The notes beneath the pieces are model-generated. The model was not told the DNA's origin and did not search any database. It was given only the letters and a program-made list of their open reading frames with translations. This document shows, piece by piece, positions 50,486-62,439 of a stretch of 64,000 bases of DNA; the stretch's first letter is position 1, and the number at the start of each line of letters is the position of its first letter. Origin of the DNA: Mobula hypostoma (Eukaryota); assembly GCF_963921235.1 (NCBI RefSeq), contig NC_086122.1, forward strand, positions 24,490,001-24,554,000, written 5' to 3'. The position numbers and the translations under genes are program-made.

Positions 50486-50785
50486 GGCGCGTGGCCAAGT
50501 GTCAGTCTGGTGGTCTAAAGGTCACTAGTTCAAGCCTCAGGTGAGGCAGCGTCTTGTGTCCCTGAGCAAGGCACTTAACCACACATTGCTCTGCAACGAC
50601 ACTGGTGTGCCAAGCTATATCGACCCTAGTGCCCTTCCCTTGGACAACATCGGTGGCATGGAGAGGGCAGGCTTTCAGCATGGGCAACTGCCAGTCTTCC
50701 ATCTAGCCTTGCCCAGGCCTGCGCCCTGGAAACCTTCGAAGGCGCAAATCCATGGTCTCACGAGACTAACGGATGCTTATTTATT
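50486..50785 (+). mobile_element. tRNA/CORE-like SINE with a different 3' half from 45037-45335
   Basis: Same head (ggcgcgtggccaagtg..ccctgagcaaggcacttaaccacacattgctc). TSD taaaagtgggtt (50474-50485, 50786-50797). Confidence 0.85.
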
Positions 50786-51269
50786 TAAAAGTGGGTTAGA
50801 GTGAGATGAGGGTAAATAATTTGGCCCAACTTGGTGGGCCAAAAGGCCTTTTTTCTGCTGCATCTCTCTACGATGCTATCACTGTAAAAGAAAGGAGGCA
50901 ACTGTGCATTGAGAAAGATCAGGTAGGCTACAGCTGGAGCATTGTACCCCATTTGGCTCAAGCACGTCAGGAAGAATGTGAAGACCCTAGAAAGGGAGTG
51001 GAAGAGACTTGCTATAACATTTTCAAAGAATGAGAGACTTCAGTTATGATGGGGTTTGTTCTCCCTGGAGTTTAAAGAGGGTAGGCTGATGCAGAGAAAC
51101 TGTTCCTGTTGGCAGTTGGTCAAAAACAGAGCAGTGAGGGCCCATGATCCGGGGTAATATCCAAGAAGAATAAATTTAAGCAGCGAAAAGTTTTTATCCA
51201 AAATGAACCACCCGGATGTTTAGTGAATACAAATTAAATTGAGGTTTTAAGAAAGTAATTGAATGTATA

Positions 51270-52217
51270 CAGTGGATTCCTGGTATTTCGGCCATCGGTT
51301 AATCAGGGCGGACATTTATTTAGGACAACTCCTAAAGAACAAAAACTAATCAAGAATAACCAGCATTCTCTTTGTTTATATTTGGACACAATGATGCTTA
51401 ATTGAGGCAGGAGACTGTTGCCGAGCAGTATCTAACTACCTAGTGTGGCCGTTCACTGTGCTTAGAGCGAGCAGTTTTTAAAAAACGTTGGTTGTGTGTG
51501 CTTGTGTTCACAAAGCAGCGATTTTTGTCACTGATAGTTGGTGAGAAATAAGAAGTAAGACGATCCAGAACTGTCCAGCTCACTGCAATTTCAAGCTTTC
51601 AGGCTTGGAGATGCCAGAAGCAGCCAGGAGTGAAAATGGAACAATTGCATTACTTCAACAGGTTAGGGACTATGAAGAGTTTGAAGATATCAACAATCAC
51701 CTTGAATGTGACAATGAAAATAAAGATTTGGATGGTGCATTTGATGTACAGTGACTGTATATTGATCTGATTGTGTATCTGACTGTACATACATGTATAC
51801 AAAACAACTATGTTCTTAGTGTTTGGACAATATCCTCCCACATTTCCCCTCTTTATTGCTTGTACTTTGTGACAGAGACACAACATAAAGATTTTTACTC
51901 CCTTCGATGTAAGAAAAAAAATACAATAAAATACAATTGTCAAAAATTGTATGAAGGTAGCCCACTATTTACACTAGGTGTCTGTGCTGATTTTGTTCAT
52001 TTATGGTCAAACAAAAGAACATAACAGCGTAATTTCTCCATTATTAACTATAAGGAACTAATACACAGTTTTATAGCACTGTAGTAGTATTGGTAGTGTT
52101 CCAATTTGTTCTGTATTTCATTTTAATACATGATCTGTTACTCAGTGGTTTGTCTGTTCTATAACTTTTTAACTATATTTCCACAAAACTTGGGCTAATT
52201 GGGGCAGCTGCTTAATT

Positions 52218-52265
<48 letters not shown>

Positions 52266-52300
52266 GCGCCCCTCCCCCCCACCGGTTAAGACCAGAAATG
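51270..52300 (+). mobile_element. Pogo/Tigger-like MITE remnant with (AC)n (52221-52264) in its right end
   Basis: TA|CAGTGGATTCC start, sub-terminal ttaattggg(g/a)ca repeats and an acidic transposase C-terminal remnant near 51670-51740. Confidence 0.5.
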
Positions 52301-52344
52301 CAGAAATGCTTATGAAAGAAAGCACCTCAGCTTTTGCTTTAGCA

Positions 52345-52403
52345 AAAGCAAAACATGATCTGATATTTCACTGAAAGCAAAACATGATCTGATATTTCAC
52401 TGA
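52345..52403. repeat. Perfect 29-bp tandem duplication
   Basis: aaagcaaaacatgatctgatatttcactg twice. Confidence 0.95.
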
Positions 52404-52984
52404 GTTTACACAAAACTTCTGACTTGAAGGACAGGGCTCCATAGGAAATGGTTGTGAGATGTGGCAAGTGACCTCAGGAAAAGAACTGTAAATATAACAA
52501 CAGTTTAGATATCTAAACTCTGGTGTTAAAAATGGGGACTTGACAGATAATTATCACACAGGCAGAAGTTATCTCATAATCAGAGGCTTTTGCAATTTTG
52601 TGTTTATAAAGTCACATATTCAATTAATCCATGCACCTAGAATTCCACCTTCTGTTTTATATTTTTCCTGCTTCGGTCTCTTTGCAGTCTTCAAACATGT
52701 TTATATCAGCACGAGAAGGTCTGAACGGCCACTCACATGGAAAGGCTTTAGAGCAGGACAGGAACAAGGCCAGAAGACCTAATGAAAGTCCTCATTCACA
52801 GCAGGTTAATCTACATTACGACTCAAGTGCAATACTGAGAGGTTTCACCATCGATTGGATGTGAGGTCCATCGGCTTTCTGAGATAATATTTTAAAAAAG
52901 TCCCAAGGTGCGTTACATAGATGCATATAATTTCCTCCTGTGTCTTGGCCAATGTTTTCCTTCTCACACTGTATAACTAGGAAG

Positions 52985-54666
52985 TTATACCTAATCAGTT
53001 CCCCTCTACCACCACTCTGCTCCGTCTAGCAGAATTAGTCCTTACTCTTAATAATTTCTCCTTTTGCTCCTCCCATTTCCTCCAAACTAAAGGTGTAGCT
53101 ATGGGCACCCGTATGGGTCCTAGCTATGCCTGCCTTTTTGTTGGGTTTGTGGAACAATCTATGTTCCGTGCCTATTCTGGTATCTGTCCCCCACTTTTCC
53201 TTCGCTACATCGACGACTGCATTGGCGCTGCTTCCTGCACGCATGCAGAACTCGTTGACTTTATTAACTTTGCCTCCAACTTTCACCCTGCCCTCAAGTT
53301 TACCTGGTCCATTTCTGACACCTCCCTCCCCTTTCTAGATCTTTCTGTCTCTGTCTCTGGAGACAGCTTATCCACTGATGTCTACTATAAGCCTACTGAC
53401 TCTCACAACTATCTGGACTATTCCTCTTCTCACCCTGTCTCTTGCAAAAACGCCATCCCCTTCTCGCAATTCCTCCGTCTCCGCCACATCTGCTCTCAGG
53501 ATGAGGCTTTTCATTCTAGGACGAGGGAGATGTCTTCATTTTTTAAAGAAAGGGGCTTCCCTTCCTCCACTATCAACTCTGCTCTTAAACGCATCTCCCC
53601 CATTTCACATACATCTGCTCTCACTCCATCCTCCCACCACCCCACTAGGAATAGGGTTCCCCTGGTCCTCACCTACCACCCCACCAGCCTCCGGGTCCAA
53701 CATATTATTCTCCGTAACTTCCGCCACCTCCAACGGGATCCCACCACTAAGCATATCTTTCCCTCCCCGCCTCTCTCTGCATTCCGCAGGGATCGCTCCC
53801 TACACAACTCCCTTGTCCATTCGTCCCCCCCATCCCTCCCCACTGATCTCCCTCCTGGCACTTATCCGTGTAAGTGGAACAAGTGCTACACATGCCCTTA
53901 CACTTCCTCCCTTACCACCATTCAGGGCCCCAAACAGTCCTTCCAGGTGAGGCATCACTTCACCTGTGAGTCGACTGGGGTGATATACTGCGTCCGGTGC
54001 TCCCGATGTGGCCTTTTATATATTGGTGAGACCCGACGCAGACTGGGAGACCGCTTTGCTGAACATCTATGCTCTGTCCGCCAGAGAAAGCAGGATCTCC
54101 CAGTGGCCACACATTTTAATTCCACATCCCATTCCCATTCTGACATGTCTATCCACGGCCTCCTCTACTGTAAAGATGAAGCCACACTCAGGTTGGAGGA
54201 ACAACACCTTATATTCCGTCTGGGTAGCCTCCAACCTGATGGCATGAACATTGACTTCTCTAACTTCCGCTAGGCCCCACCTCCCCCTCGTACCCCATCT
54301 GTTACTCTTTTTAATGCACACATTCTTTCTCTCACTCTCCTTTTTCTCCCTCTGTCCCTCTGAATATACCTCTTGCCCATCCTCTGGGTCACCCCCCCCC
54401 CGTCTTTCTTCCCGGACCTCCTGTCCCATGATCCTCTCGTATCCCCTTCTGCCTATCACCTGTCCAGCTCTCGGCTCCATCCCTCCCCCTCCTGTCTTCT
54501 CCTATCATTTTGCATCTCCCCCTCCCCCTCCAGCTTTCATATCCCTTACTCACTCTTCCTTCAGTTAGTCCTGACGAAGGGTCTCGGCCTGAAACGTCGA
54601 CTGCGCCTCTTCCTATAGATGCTGCCTGGCCTGCTGCGTTCACCAGCAACTTTGATGTATGTTGGT
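52985..54666 (+). mobile_element. Penelope-like (Neptune-type) element, 5'-truncated, with an uninterrupted RT-C/GIY-YIG ORF (53101-54273)
   Basis: RYIDDC, PFLD, YYKPTDSH, Cys-rich linker CKWNKCYTC, VIYCVRCSRCGLLYIGETRRRLGDRFAEH and LQPDGMN. 15-bp TSD tgtataactaggaag (52970-52984, 54667-54681). Confidence 0.95.
54566..54603 (+). ncRNA. Minimal type I hammerhead ribozyme motif
   Basis: TAGTC-CTGACGA-AGGGTCTCGGCCT-GAAAC-GTC^-GACTG, about 290 nt after the PLE stop codon. Confidence 0.78.
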
Positions 54667-54869
54667 TGTATAACTAGGAAGGCCAGGTTTGCATTGCTGT
54701 TTGTGAACATTTGTGGTGAAGAAATTATCAGCAATATTTCCTGCCTTTCAACGCTAACCACATTTCAAGACTCTCTCGCTGGTTTTACAGTGCATTTATA
54801 GTTCTGAGAATTATATGGGATGTTGAAATTGCCCATCATTCTTTTTAGATGGAAGGGAAGACCTGGTCC

Positions 54870-55225
54870 CATTCCCCTCTTCCACTTGGTGCCCATCCTC
54901 TTTCCCTTTCTTCCACAGTCCACAGTCCTCTCATCTCAGATTTTTTTGTTCTTCAGCCATTTGCCCCATCCACCTATCAACTCCCAGTTTCTTATTTCAT
55001 CCTCCGTCCCCCTCCCCCGCCTTCCCTTTCACATGGTTTCACCCATCACCCGCCAGCTGTACTCCTTCCCCTCCCCCACCTTCTCTATGGCTTCTACTCC
55101 CCGTCCTGATGAAGGGTCTCAGCTGTTTACTCATCTCTGTAGATGCTACCTGATCAGCTGAGATCCCCCAGTACTTTCTGCGTGTTGCTCAACACTTCCA
55201 GCAACTGCAGAATCTCTCGCATTTG
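54870..55225 (+). mobile_element. Older Penelope-like 3' UTR remnant
   Basis: Pyrimidine-rich UTR, GTCCTGATGAAGGGTCTC and an agatgct..tccagcaactgcag tail. Confidence 0.65.
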
Positions 55226-55234
55226 CTGTCATCA

Positions 55235-58140
55235 TGGCTTTGTGCAGAGCAAGTCATGCCACAGAGACTTGTCCAGGATGTTTGATGAGTGACAAAGGAG
55301 CTTGACGAGGGTAGGGCAGTGGACATTATCTACATGGACATCAGTAAGGCAGTTGACAAGGTCCCTCATGGTGGGATGGTTCCAAAGATAAAGATATATG
55401 GGATCCAACTGAATCTCAAGGTTGGATTCAAAACTGACTTACCCATAGAAGACAGATTAGGATTGGAAGGCTATTACTCTAGCTGGAGGTCTGTGAACAG
55501 TATTGTTTGACAAATATCAGTGCTTGGATTTCTGTTGTTTATGATATATATCAATGATTTGATTGAAAATTTTGGTGGGCGAACTGTGCATAACTCCAAG
55601 ATTGGTGGAGTTGTGTACAGCGTAAAGGACTATCTAAGAATACAGTGGGATGTAGATCAGTTACAATTATGGGCAGAGTTGTGGCAGATGGAGTTTAACC
55701 TGGGCAAGTGTGAGGTGTTGCACTTTGGGAGGTCAAATGAAAGGAGAAAGTAAACACTGTTAAGATACCCTAATAGCATTGTGGGATCTTGGAGTCCAGA
55801 TCCATAGTTCACCAAAAATAACTACATGTGGATAAGGTGGTAAAGAATATCTATCTTCATTGGTACAGGTATTGACTAAAAGAGTAAGGAAGCCATGTAG
55901 CAGCTATATAAAATTTAAGCTATACTGCACCTCAAGAATTACATGTAGTTCTGGTCACACCATTATTGGAAGAATATGGAGTCTGTAAAAGGTGCAGAAG
56001 AGGTTTACCAGGATGCCAGAGGTTCTACCATTTGTAGAATGGGTATGAGATGGCTTTTTAGTGCAGGTTATGTTTGAGCCCATTATGGGGAAAGGCAATT
56101 CTGGATTGGGTGTTGTGTAATGACCAGGCTTAATTAGGGAGCCTAATGTAAAGGAATCCTTAGGAGGCAGTGAGCATAATATGATAGAGTTCACCCTGCT
56201 GTTTGAGAGGGAGAAGATAAAGTCAGATGCATCAGTATTATAGTGGAGTAAAGGGGCATGAGAGAGGAGCTGGCCAAAGTCATTTGAAAAGGAACACTAG
56301 CAGGGATAACAGCAGAACAGCTGGAATTTTTGGGAGTAATTCGGAAGGCACAGGATAGATACATCCTGAAGATGAAAACGCGTTCGAAAGGAAGGATGAG
56401 GAAACCACAGCTGACAATAGAAGTCAAAGACAGCATAAAAGAAAAAAGAGAGAGCATACAATATAGCAAAACATTAGTGGGAAGTTAGAGGACTAGGGAG
56501 TTTTAAAACCCAAATAGAAGGCAACTAAAAAGCCATAAAGAGAGAAAAGATTAAATATGAAGGTAAGCTGGCCAATAATATCAGAGAGAATACCAAAGGC
56601 TTCTTCAAATATACAAAGAGTAAAAGAGAAGTGAGAGTGGATATCAAAATTCTGGAGAGGTAGTAATGGGGGACAAACAAACGGTGGACAAATTTAATAA
56701 GTATTTTGCATCAGTGTTTACTGTGGAAGACACTAGAAGTGTGCCAGAAATACAAGTGTGTCAGGGAGCAGAAGAGAGTGTAGTTGTTATTACTAAGGAG
56801 GTGGTGTTTGGGAAGCTGAAAAATCAGGAGGTAGGTACAGTAAGTCACCTGGACCAGATGGACCAGAGAAAATTCAAAAATCAGAGGTGCAAAGGGACTT
56901 GAGAGTCCTCATGCATGATTCCCTGAAAGTTAACTTGCAGATTGACTTGGTGGTGAGGAAGGCCAATGCAGTTTTAGCATTCATTTTGAGAGGACCAGAG
57001 TATAAAAGCAAGGATGTTATTCTGAGGCTCTATAAGGCATTTGTCAGACATCACTTGGAGTATTGTGAGCAATTTTGGGACCTTTATATAAGAAAAGATG
57101 TGCTGGCATTGGAGAGGGTCCAGAGGAGGTTCATGAGAATGATTTCAGGAATGAAAGGGTTAATATATGAGGCGCATTTGACAGCTCTGGTCCTGTACTC
57201 ACTGGAGTTTAAAAGAACAAGGGGAAGTCTCAATTAAATCTATCGAATATTGGAAGGTCTGGATGGAGTGGATGTGGGGAGGATGTTTCCTATAATGGGT
57301 GTGTCTAGGACGTAAGGGCACAGCTTCAGAATAGAGGGATGTCCATTTAGAACAGAGATGAGGAAGATTTTTTTTAGCTAGAGGGTAGTCAATCTGTGAA
57401 ATTCGCTGCTACAGATGGCTGTGGATGCCAAGTTATTGGGTATATTTAAAACGAAGATTGATTAGTCAGGGCATCAAAGATTACGGGGAGAAGGCAGGAA
57501 AGTGGGGTTGAGTGGGATAATGAATCAGCCATGATGGAATAATAGACCAGACTCAATGGCCCAAATGGTCTAATTCTGCTCTTATGTCTTACGCTGCCTG
57601 GATTGTGGAAAGTTTGATCATAGGTGGGTTGTTCTCACAGACATCGGAGGCTGAGGAAGACCTGACAATGAAAGGCATTGACTGAGGTAGACAATCTGAG
57701 TCTTTTCCCCCCGGATAGAAATATCAAACACTAGAGCACATGCTTTTAAGATTAGAGTGGGGAGGTTTTTTTACACAGAGAATGGCAGGTGCCTAGAATG
57801 GGTGATTATTGGAAAGATGCAGTTTGGTGGAGTTTGTGCCTTTTATATAGACATATGAGCATGAAAGGATTAGTAGCACAATCACTTGAGTTGAGAAAGA
57901 TGTTTCCCTAAGGGGTTACCTATTGGTTGATCCTTAGTTAAGTGTGGAGTGCTCCATAATCTACTTATTCTGGTGTCATGTGGACACGAGTAAGTGGTGG
58001 CTGTGGTTTGTGGTTGGAATGGAATGGAGGGATATGGATGATACACAGGAAGAGGACAATTAATACAAATTGGCATCAAGATTGATAAAACATAGTGGGT
58101 TGAATGGCGTGAACAGTGTTGTACTGTTCTATGTTCCATG
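55235..58140 (+). mobile_element. Nested degraded CR1 fragments
   Basis: YMDISKAVDKVPH, WQMEFN..KCEVLHFG and HLEYCEQFW..LERVQRRF. A second CR1 (about 56025-57595) interrupts the first. Confidence 0.8.
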
Positions 58141-58402
58141 TTATGAAACTCAAATGATAGGTCTGCACTACAATGATTCGAAGAAACTAATGGCATCAGA
58201 TTTCTTTTATAGTTAAACCCACACCAATTGCCCAATTATTTACCTCTCCCACAATGTTAAGAATTTTGCTATTTATCGCGTGCTTACTTTAAGTGTTCGT
58301 CCCTCTTCCCCCCCCCCCCACTGACTCATCAAGTTACCACGTCCAAGGAAGCCCTTTGTTTAGAATGGCTCCAGCATCTGTTTGGCCTCTCTGTCCATGT
58401 TC

Positions 58403-58778
58403 TGGGGTGGCGGGGTGGAGATACATCTCTACCAAAGAAGGTGTGAGGTGCTCCTTCCCTCTGATAGCCTGCTGGTCACCCCTGGGCAAGTGTCGTACCT
58501 GCTGAGCCTCCCGATCAGAGTCACATGAAGCCATTGGGAGCAGGTGGCGGACGGTCGTCTGAGCAGCTGGTGCATATCGCAAGTCCTGGTTATGCGACCA
58601 CTGACATCAGGCAGACTATCTCTGAAGAGCATTGTTAACGGGTGGGGTCACCCGTCCTGTAAAGACGCTGCCCAGAAGAAGACAATGGCAAACCAATTCT
58701 GCAGAAAGATTTACCAAGAACAATCACGGTCGTGGGACCATGATGGCCCACATCATGCAATACAGCACATAATAATGA
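58403..58778 (+). mobile_element. Non-autonomous RTE-type retroposon
   Basis: TSD tgtccatgttc (58392-58402, 58779-58789), 3' module aatggcaaacca and a (TAA/TGA)n tail. Confidence 0.75.
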
Positions 58779-59134
58779 TGTCCATGTTCCTCTTGCATCT
58801 TCTCTCCTTTTTTTTTGGTTAATTACCAAGCTGAATATAAAAAAACTCAATCCCTTTCACTTATTCCTATTTAAAAGTAATTCACCTCAACAAAAAGCAA
58901 AGTGAACAGTCCCAGATCAGGTTGATGAGACACAACATTAATGAAAACTATTAGAGATGGAATTTTGGTGACTGTACAAGTCTGGAGGATGTGTGATTTG
59001 AGTTGCTAAAAAGAAATCCTCTGCAAGCAGGTGCTGTAGGACAGCAGGATGCTCCCATCTGTGGCAGCTCGATTGAGTTACTGTTTATCAGGCCACTACC
59101 CAAGTTCTTTCTGTTAATCACAGGTAGATCGTGT

Positions 59135-59775
59135 CGCAAAGAAAGTTTTTGGCACGTTGGTCTTCATAAATCTAAGTATTGAGAACAGGAGATAGGATGT
59201 TATGCTAAAGTTGTATAAGACACTGGTGAGGCTTAATTTGGAGTATTGTGTGAAATTTTGGTTACCTACCGACAGGAAAGATGTAAATAAGGTTGAAAGA
59301 GTGTAGAGAAAATATACAGGGATGTTGTCGGGTCTGGTGAACCTGAGTTATAAGGAAGATTGAATAGGTTAGGACTTTATTCCTTGTAATGTAGAAGATT
59401 GAGGGGAGATTTGATAGAGGCGTACAAAATTATGAGGGGTATAGATAGGGCAAATGCAAGCAGGCTTTTTCCACTGAGGTTGGATGGGACTTCAGCTAGA
59501 GGTCATGGGTTAAGGGTGAAAGGTGAAAAGCTTAAAGGGAACATGAGGGGAAACATCTTCACTCAGTAGAGAGTGTGGAATGAGCTACCAGCACAAGTGG
59601 TGCATGCGAGCTCGATTTCAAGATTTAAGAGAAGTTTGGATTGGTACATGGATGGTAGAGGTATGGAGGGCCATGGTCCCACTGCAGGTCAATGGGAGTA
59701 GGTAGTTTAAAATGGTTCAGCAATCACTAGATGGGCCAAAGGGCCTGTTTCTACGCTAGACTTTTCTATGATTCT
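59135..59775 (+). mobile_element. CR1 3' fragment
   Basis: Degenerate LYKTLVR..LEYCV.FW and RRLRGDLIE, with a CTATGATT tail. Confidence 0.8.
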
Positions 59776-60727
59776 ATAATTCCATCAACCCAGCCTCATT
59801 ACAACAGTGACCATGTTACATCAACAAACATTCCATGACAAGATCCTAAAAAAAATGGACCATATCTTAATTGTCAGACCCACCCCTAAGCAAAGACAGA
59901 CACCATCAATGGAACTCACTATTGCCTTTAAGGAAACGAAATGTCTTTCGGGTGGCACAGTGAGCATAATGCTAATATAGCATCGGCAACCAGAGTTCAA
60001 TTCCCACCGACCTGGGTTAACTGAGTCGTTGCTGGGCAGTGCAGCCTGAAGGGCTGGAAGGGCATATTTCGTGCTGTATCTCAATCAATTAAAAAAAATA
60101 AGTATTGGAAAAGAGGAGTGAAAATTTATGCAATACAGTGCAGAATATATCCTTCTGGCCCCTTGAGCCATGCAACTCAGCAATCCCAAAATTTAATCCA
60201 ATTTACAGTGACCAATTAACCCACCAGCCGGTACTTCTTTGGACTATGGGAGGAAACTGGAGCACCTGGAGGAAACCCACACGATCACGGGGGAAACGTA
60301 CAAACTCCTTACAGGCAGCAGCGGGAATTGAACCCGGGACGCCTGTTCTGTAAAGCGTTGTGCTAACCACTAATCCATGCAATTCCAAGAGAAATAAAAT
60401 TATAGCAATTTAATTGTTACTTTAATAAAAGATACAACATGGAGAATATTGAAGCAGGTGTAATACCTGTTAAATGGTGAATGAATAATGGTTGGGATGT
60501 AAATAAACAGCATCATGTGATTGATATTGTTTCCCAACAGTAGTAGAAAGATTGTACAAAGTAGAAGATGAAAAGGGTTGTGTGGAATGTATCGTGCATC
60601 TATGGAAGTCCATGTGATATTATTATTCAATGTCATTAATACTGTTCCGAATTAGTTTCTTCACATTGATGGCACTGAGTGAATCTTGCAGGGCACTGGA
60701 CCATTGTGAATACTAAGAACTAGGTAA

Positions 60728-61030
60728 AGGGGGCTGGCTGGTGACGCAATGACATCGGCACTGGACCCGGGAGCAGAGGTTCCTGGGTTCGAAACCAGTC
60801 GGGTCCGCTCCCGAGTACGCTTTCCATCCGTGTTGGGTTGAGTGTCGAGGTCACAACTCGGCCTCGTAAAATAAAGGGAAAAATACTGCGAAAATGTCTG
60901 TGTGGGGAGTGGCGCGCCACACAGTCTCTCCCTCTCGCTCCGCGCCTTGTAAAAGCATGAAAAAGACATCATCATGGACGCATGCACGCACGCACAGACT
61001 CGCACGCACGCAGGCACACGCAAGAAAAAA
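60728..61030 (+). mobile_element. Young tRNA-derived SINE with an A-tail
   Basis: B box GGGTTCGAAACC, CpG-rich. 13-bp TSD aagaactaggtaa (60715-60727, 61031-61043). Confidence 0.85.
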
Positions 61031-61377
61031 AAGAACTAGGTAATGGTTTATCCAAGGTGGACCGGGTTATGGTTTATGAAACAACCATTTATTAAACTGC
61101 ATTTGAACAACCAAACCTTTTTTTTTGTAATATCAATTTTGTGGATTAGGATCAATGTCCAAAGATTTCTGTTTTACAACTGCAAGGACATAAGGAGATA
61201 AGTCTGTTCCTGATGGATGATTTGGCCTTGTTCCTGCACTAATTGCTCAGACGTACCTGTTCCACATAGAAAGGATGGGTTGAGGCAAGATTTCAAGAAG
61301 AACACCACTGTCAAAGGCTTTGCAATTTTGTTAGCCTGGACCATCTAAAATGGCCAACGCCAAATTTACTACCTAAA

Positions 61378-61562
61378 CAACATTCACAAAATGCTGGAAG
61401 AACTCAGCAGGCCAGGCAGCATCTATGGAAAAGAGTACGGTCGACGTTAACCTCATCTGTACTCTTTCCATAGATGCTGCCTGGCCTGCTGAGTTCCTCC
61501 AGCATTTTGTGTATGTTGCTTGGATTTCCAGCCTCTGCAGATTTTCTCTTGTTTGTGAGTGG
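61378..61562. mobile_element. Penelope-derived fold-back mini-insertion
   Basis: Inverted arms of about 60 bp, with a tail on the right arm only. Perfect 13-bp TSD tttactacctaaa (61365-61377, 61563-61575). Confidence 0.88.
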
Positions 61563-61654
61563 TTTACTACCTAAAAATCATTTATGGCTGAACTCTTGCA
61601 GTTTAACAAGTTAAGGACAATCCAGGATGAGAAAGGTGATCTTCTAACCTCCAA

Positions 61655-61985
61655 GAGGACCATACCTTGTCGTGGTTTGGCGGCTTGCGTGCCTTAATAA
61701 CCCGGAGAGCTATGCTGGCTGGAGTCAGGGCTTTATGCTTTGGCTCTTGGTAGGGTCACCCATCCCAAACAGGTCAAAGGGTAGCGGCCAGACTCAAAGT
61801 GGTTCACCAGTCCTCCAGGGGGTTCTGCTCAGGGCTAACAACGCCGACTGGTCAAACAAAATTGTTACGGAGATCCTTTTACATCTGTGTGCGACGATAT
61901 AGTTCATTCTCCAACGACAGAGATAGTGGATCTTCATTGCTGATCTAAATGCCAGTGGCATTTAGGGCAGAAGAAGAAGAAGTAA
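61655..61985 (+). mobile_element. RTE (Expander/Rex3-like) 5'-end-derived element with a (GAA)n tail
   Basis: ccttgtcgtgg..ggcttgcgtgcc..gagctatgc..ggtagggtcacccat..caggtcaaagg, resembling RTE 5' UTRs. Confidence 0.6.
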
Positions 61986-62439
61986 TCTTCTGAGGCAGTC
62001 TCTCTCAAGTATCATATATATCAGAATATAAAATGAAAATTACTTCCATCATTATTACATACAAGGGCACAGTGAACCATTATCACACTTTTATGATTGT
62101 CTACTTTTCCAGCCAGGAAATGTCCCATTTTGTGATATTAAGTGAATATGAAGCTTTTCTTCAATCTTTTAAAAAATTGCGTTAGCAGTATGATTCAAAG
62201 TATGAAAAGACAAAATAAAACCACATGAATTTTAGCAGAGAAAAACCGAACAGCAATCTTGATGGTCACAAATGAGATAAAAAACCAGTGCTTCACATCA
62301 TTTTTATCAATGTTTCTCACTTTGAAAACACAGCCTGATTATAATCTTTCAAAACCAAAGTCATGCATCACTCATCCAAAACTTAAAGTAGCTTACCATA
62401 CGCGCAAAAGGCTTTGCAAATGCTGTAAGTCGAGAACAA

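Noticed and set aside
60728-60800. tRNA-like sequences (also 31840, 45037, 50486)
   Set aside because: They continue into SINE bodies, most with tails and TSDs, and lack a clean cloverleaf. They are SINE heads, not tRNA genes.
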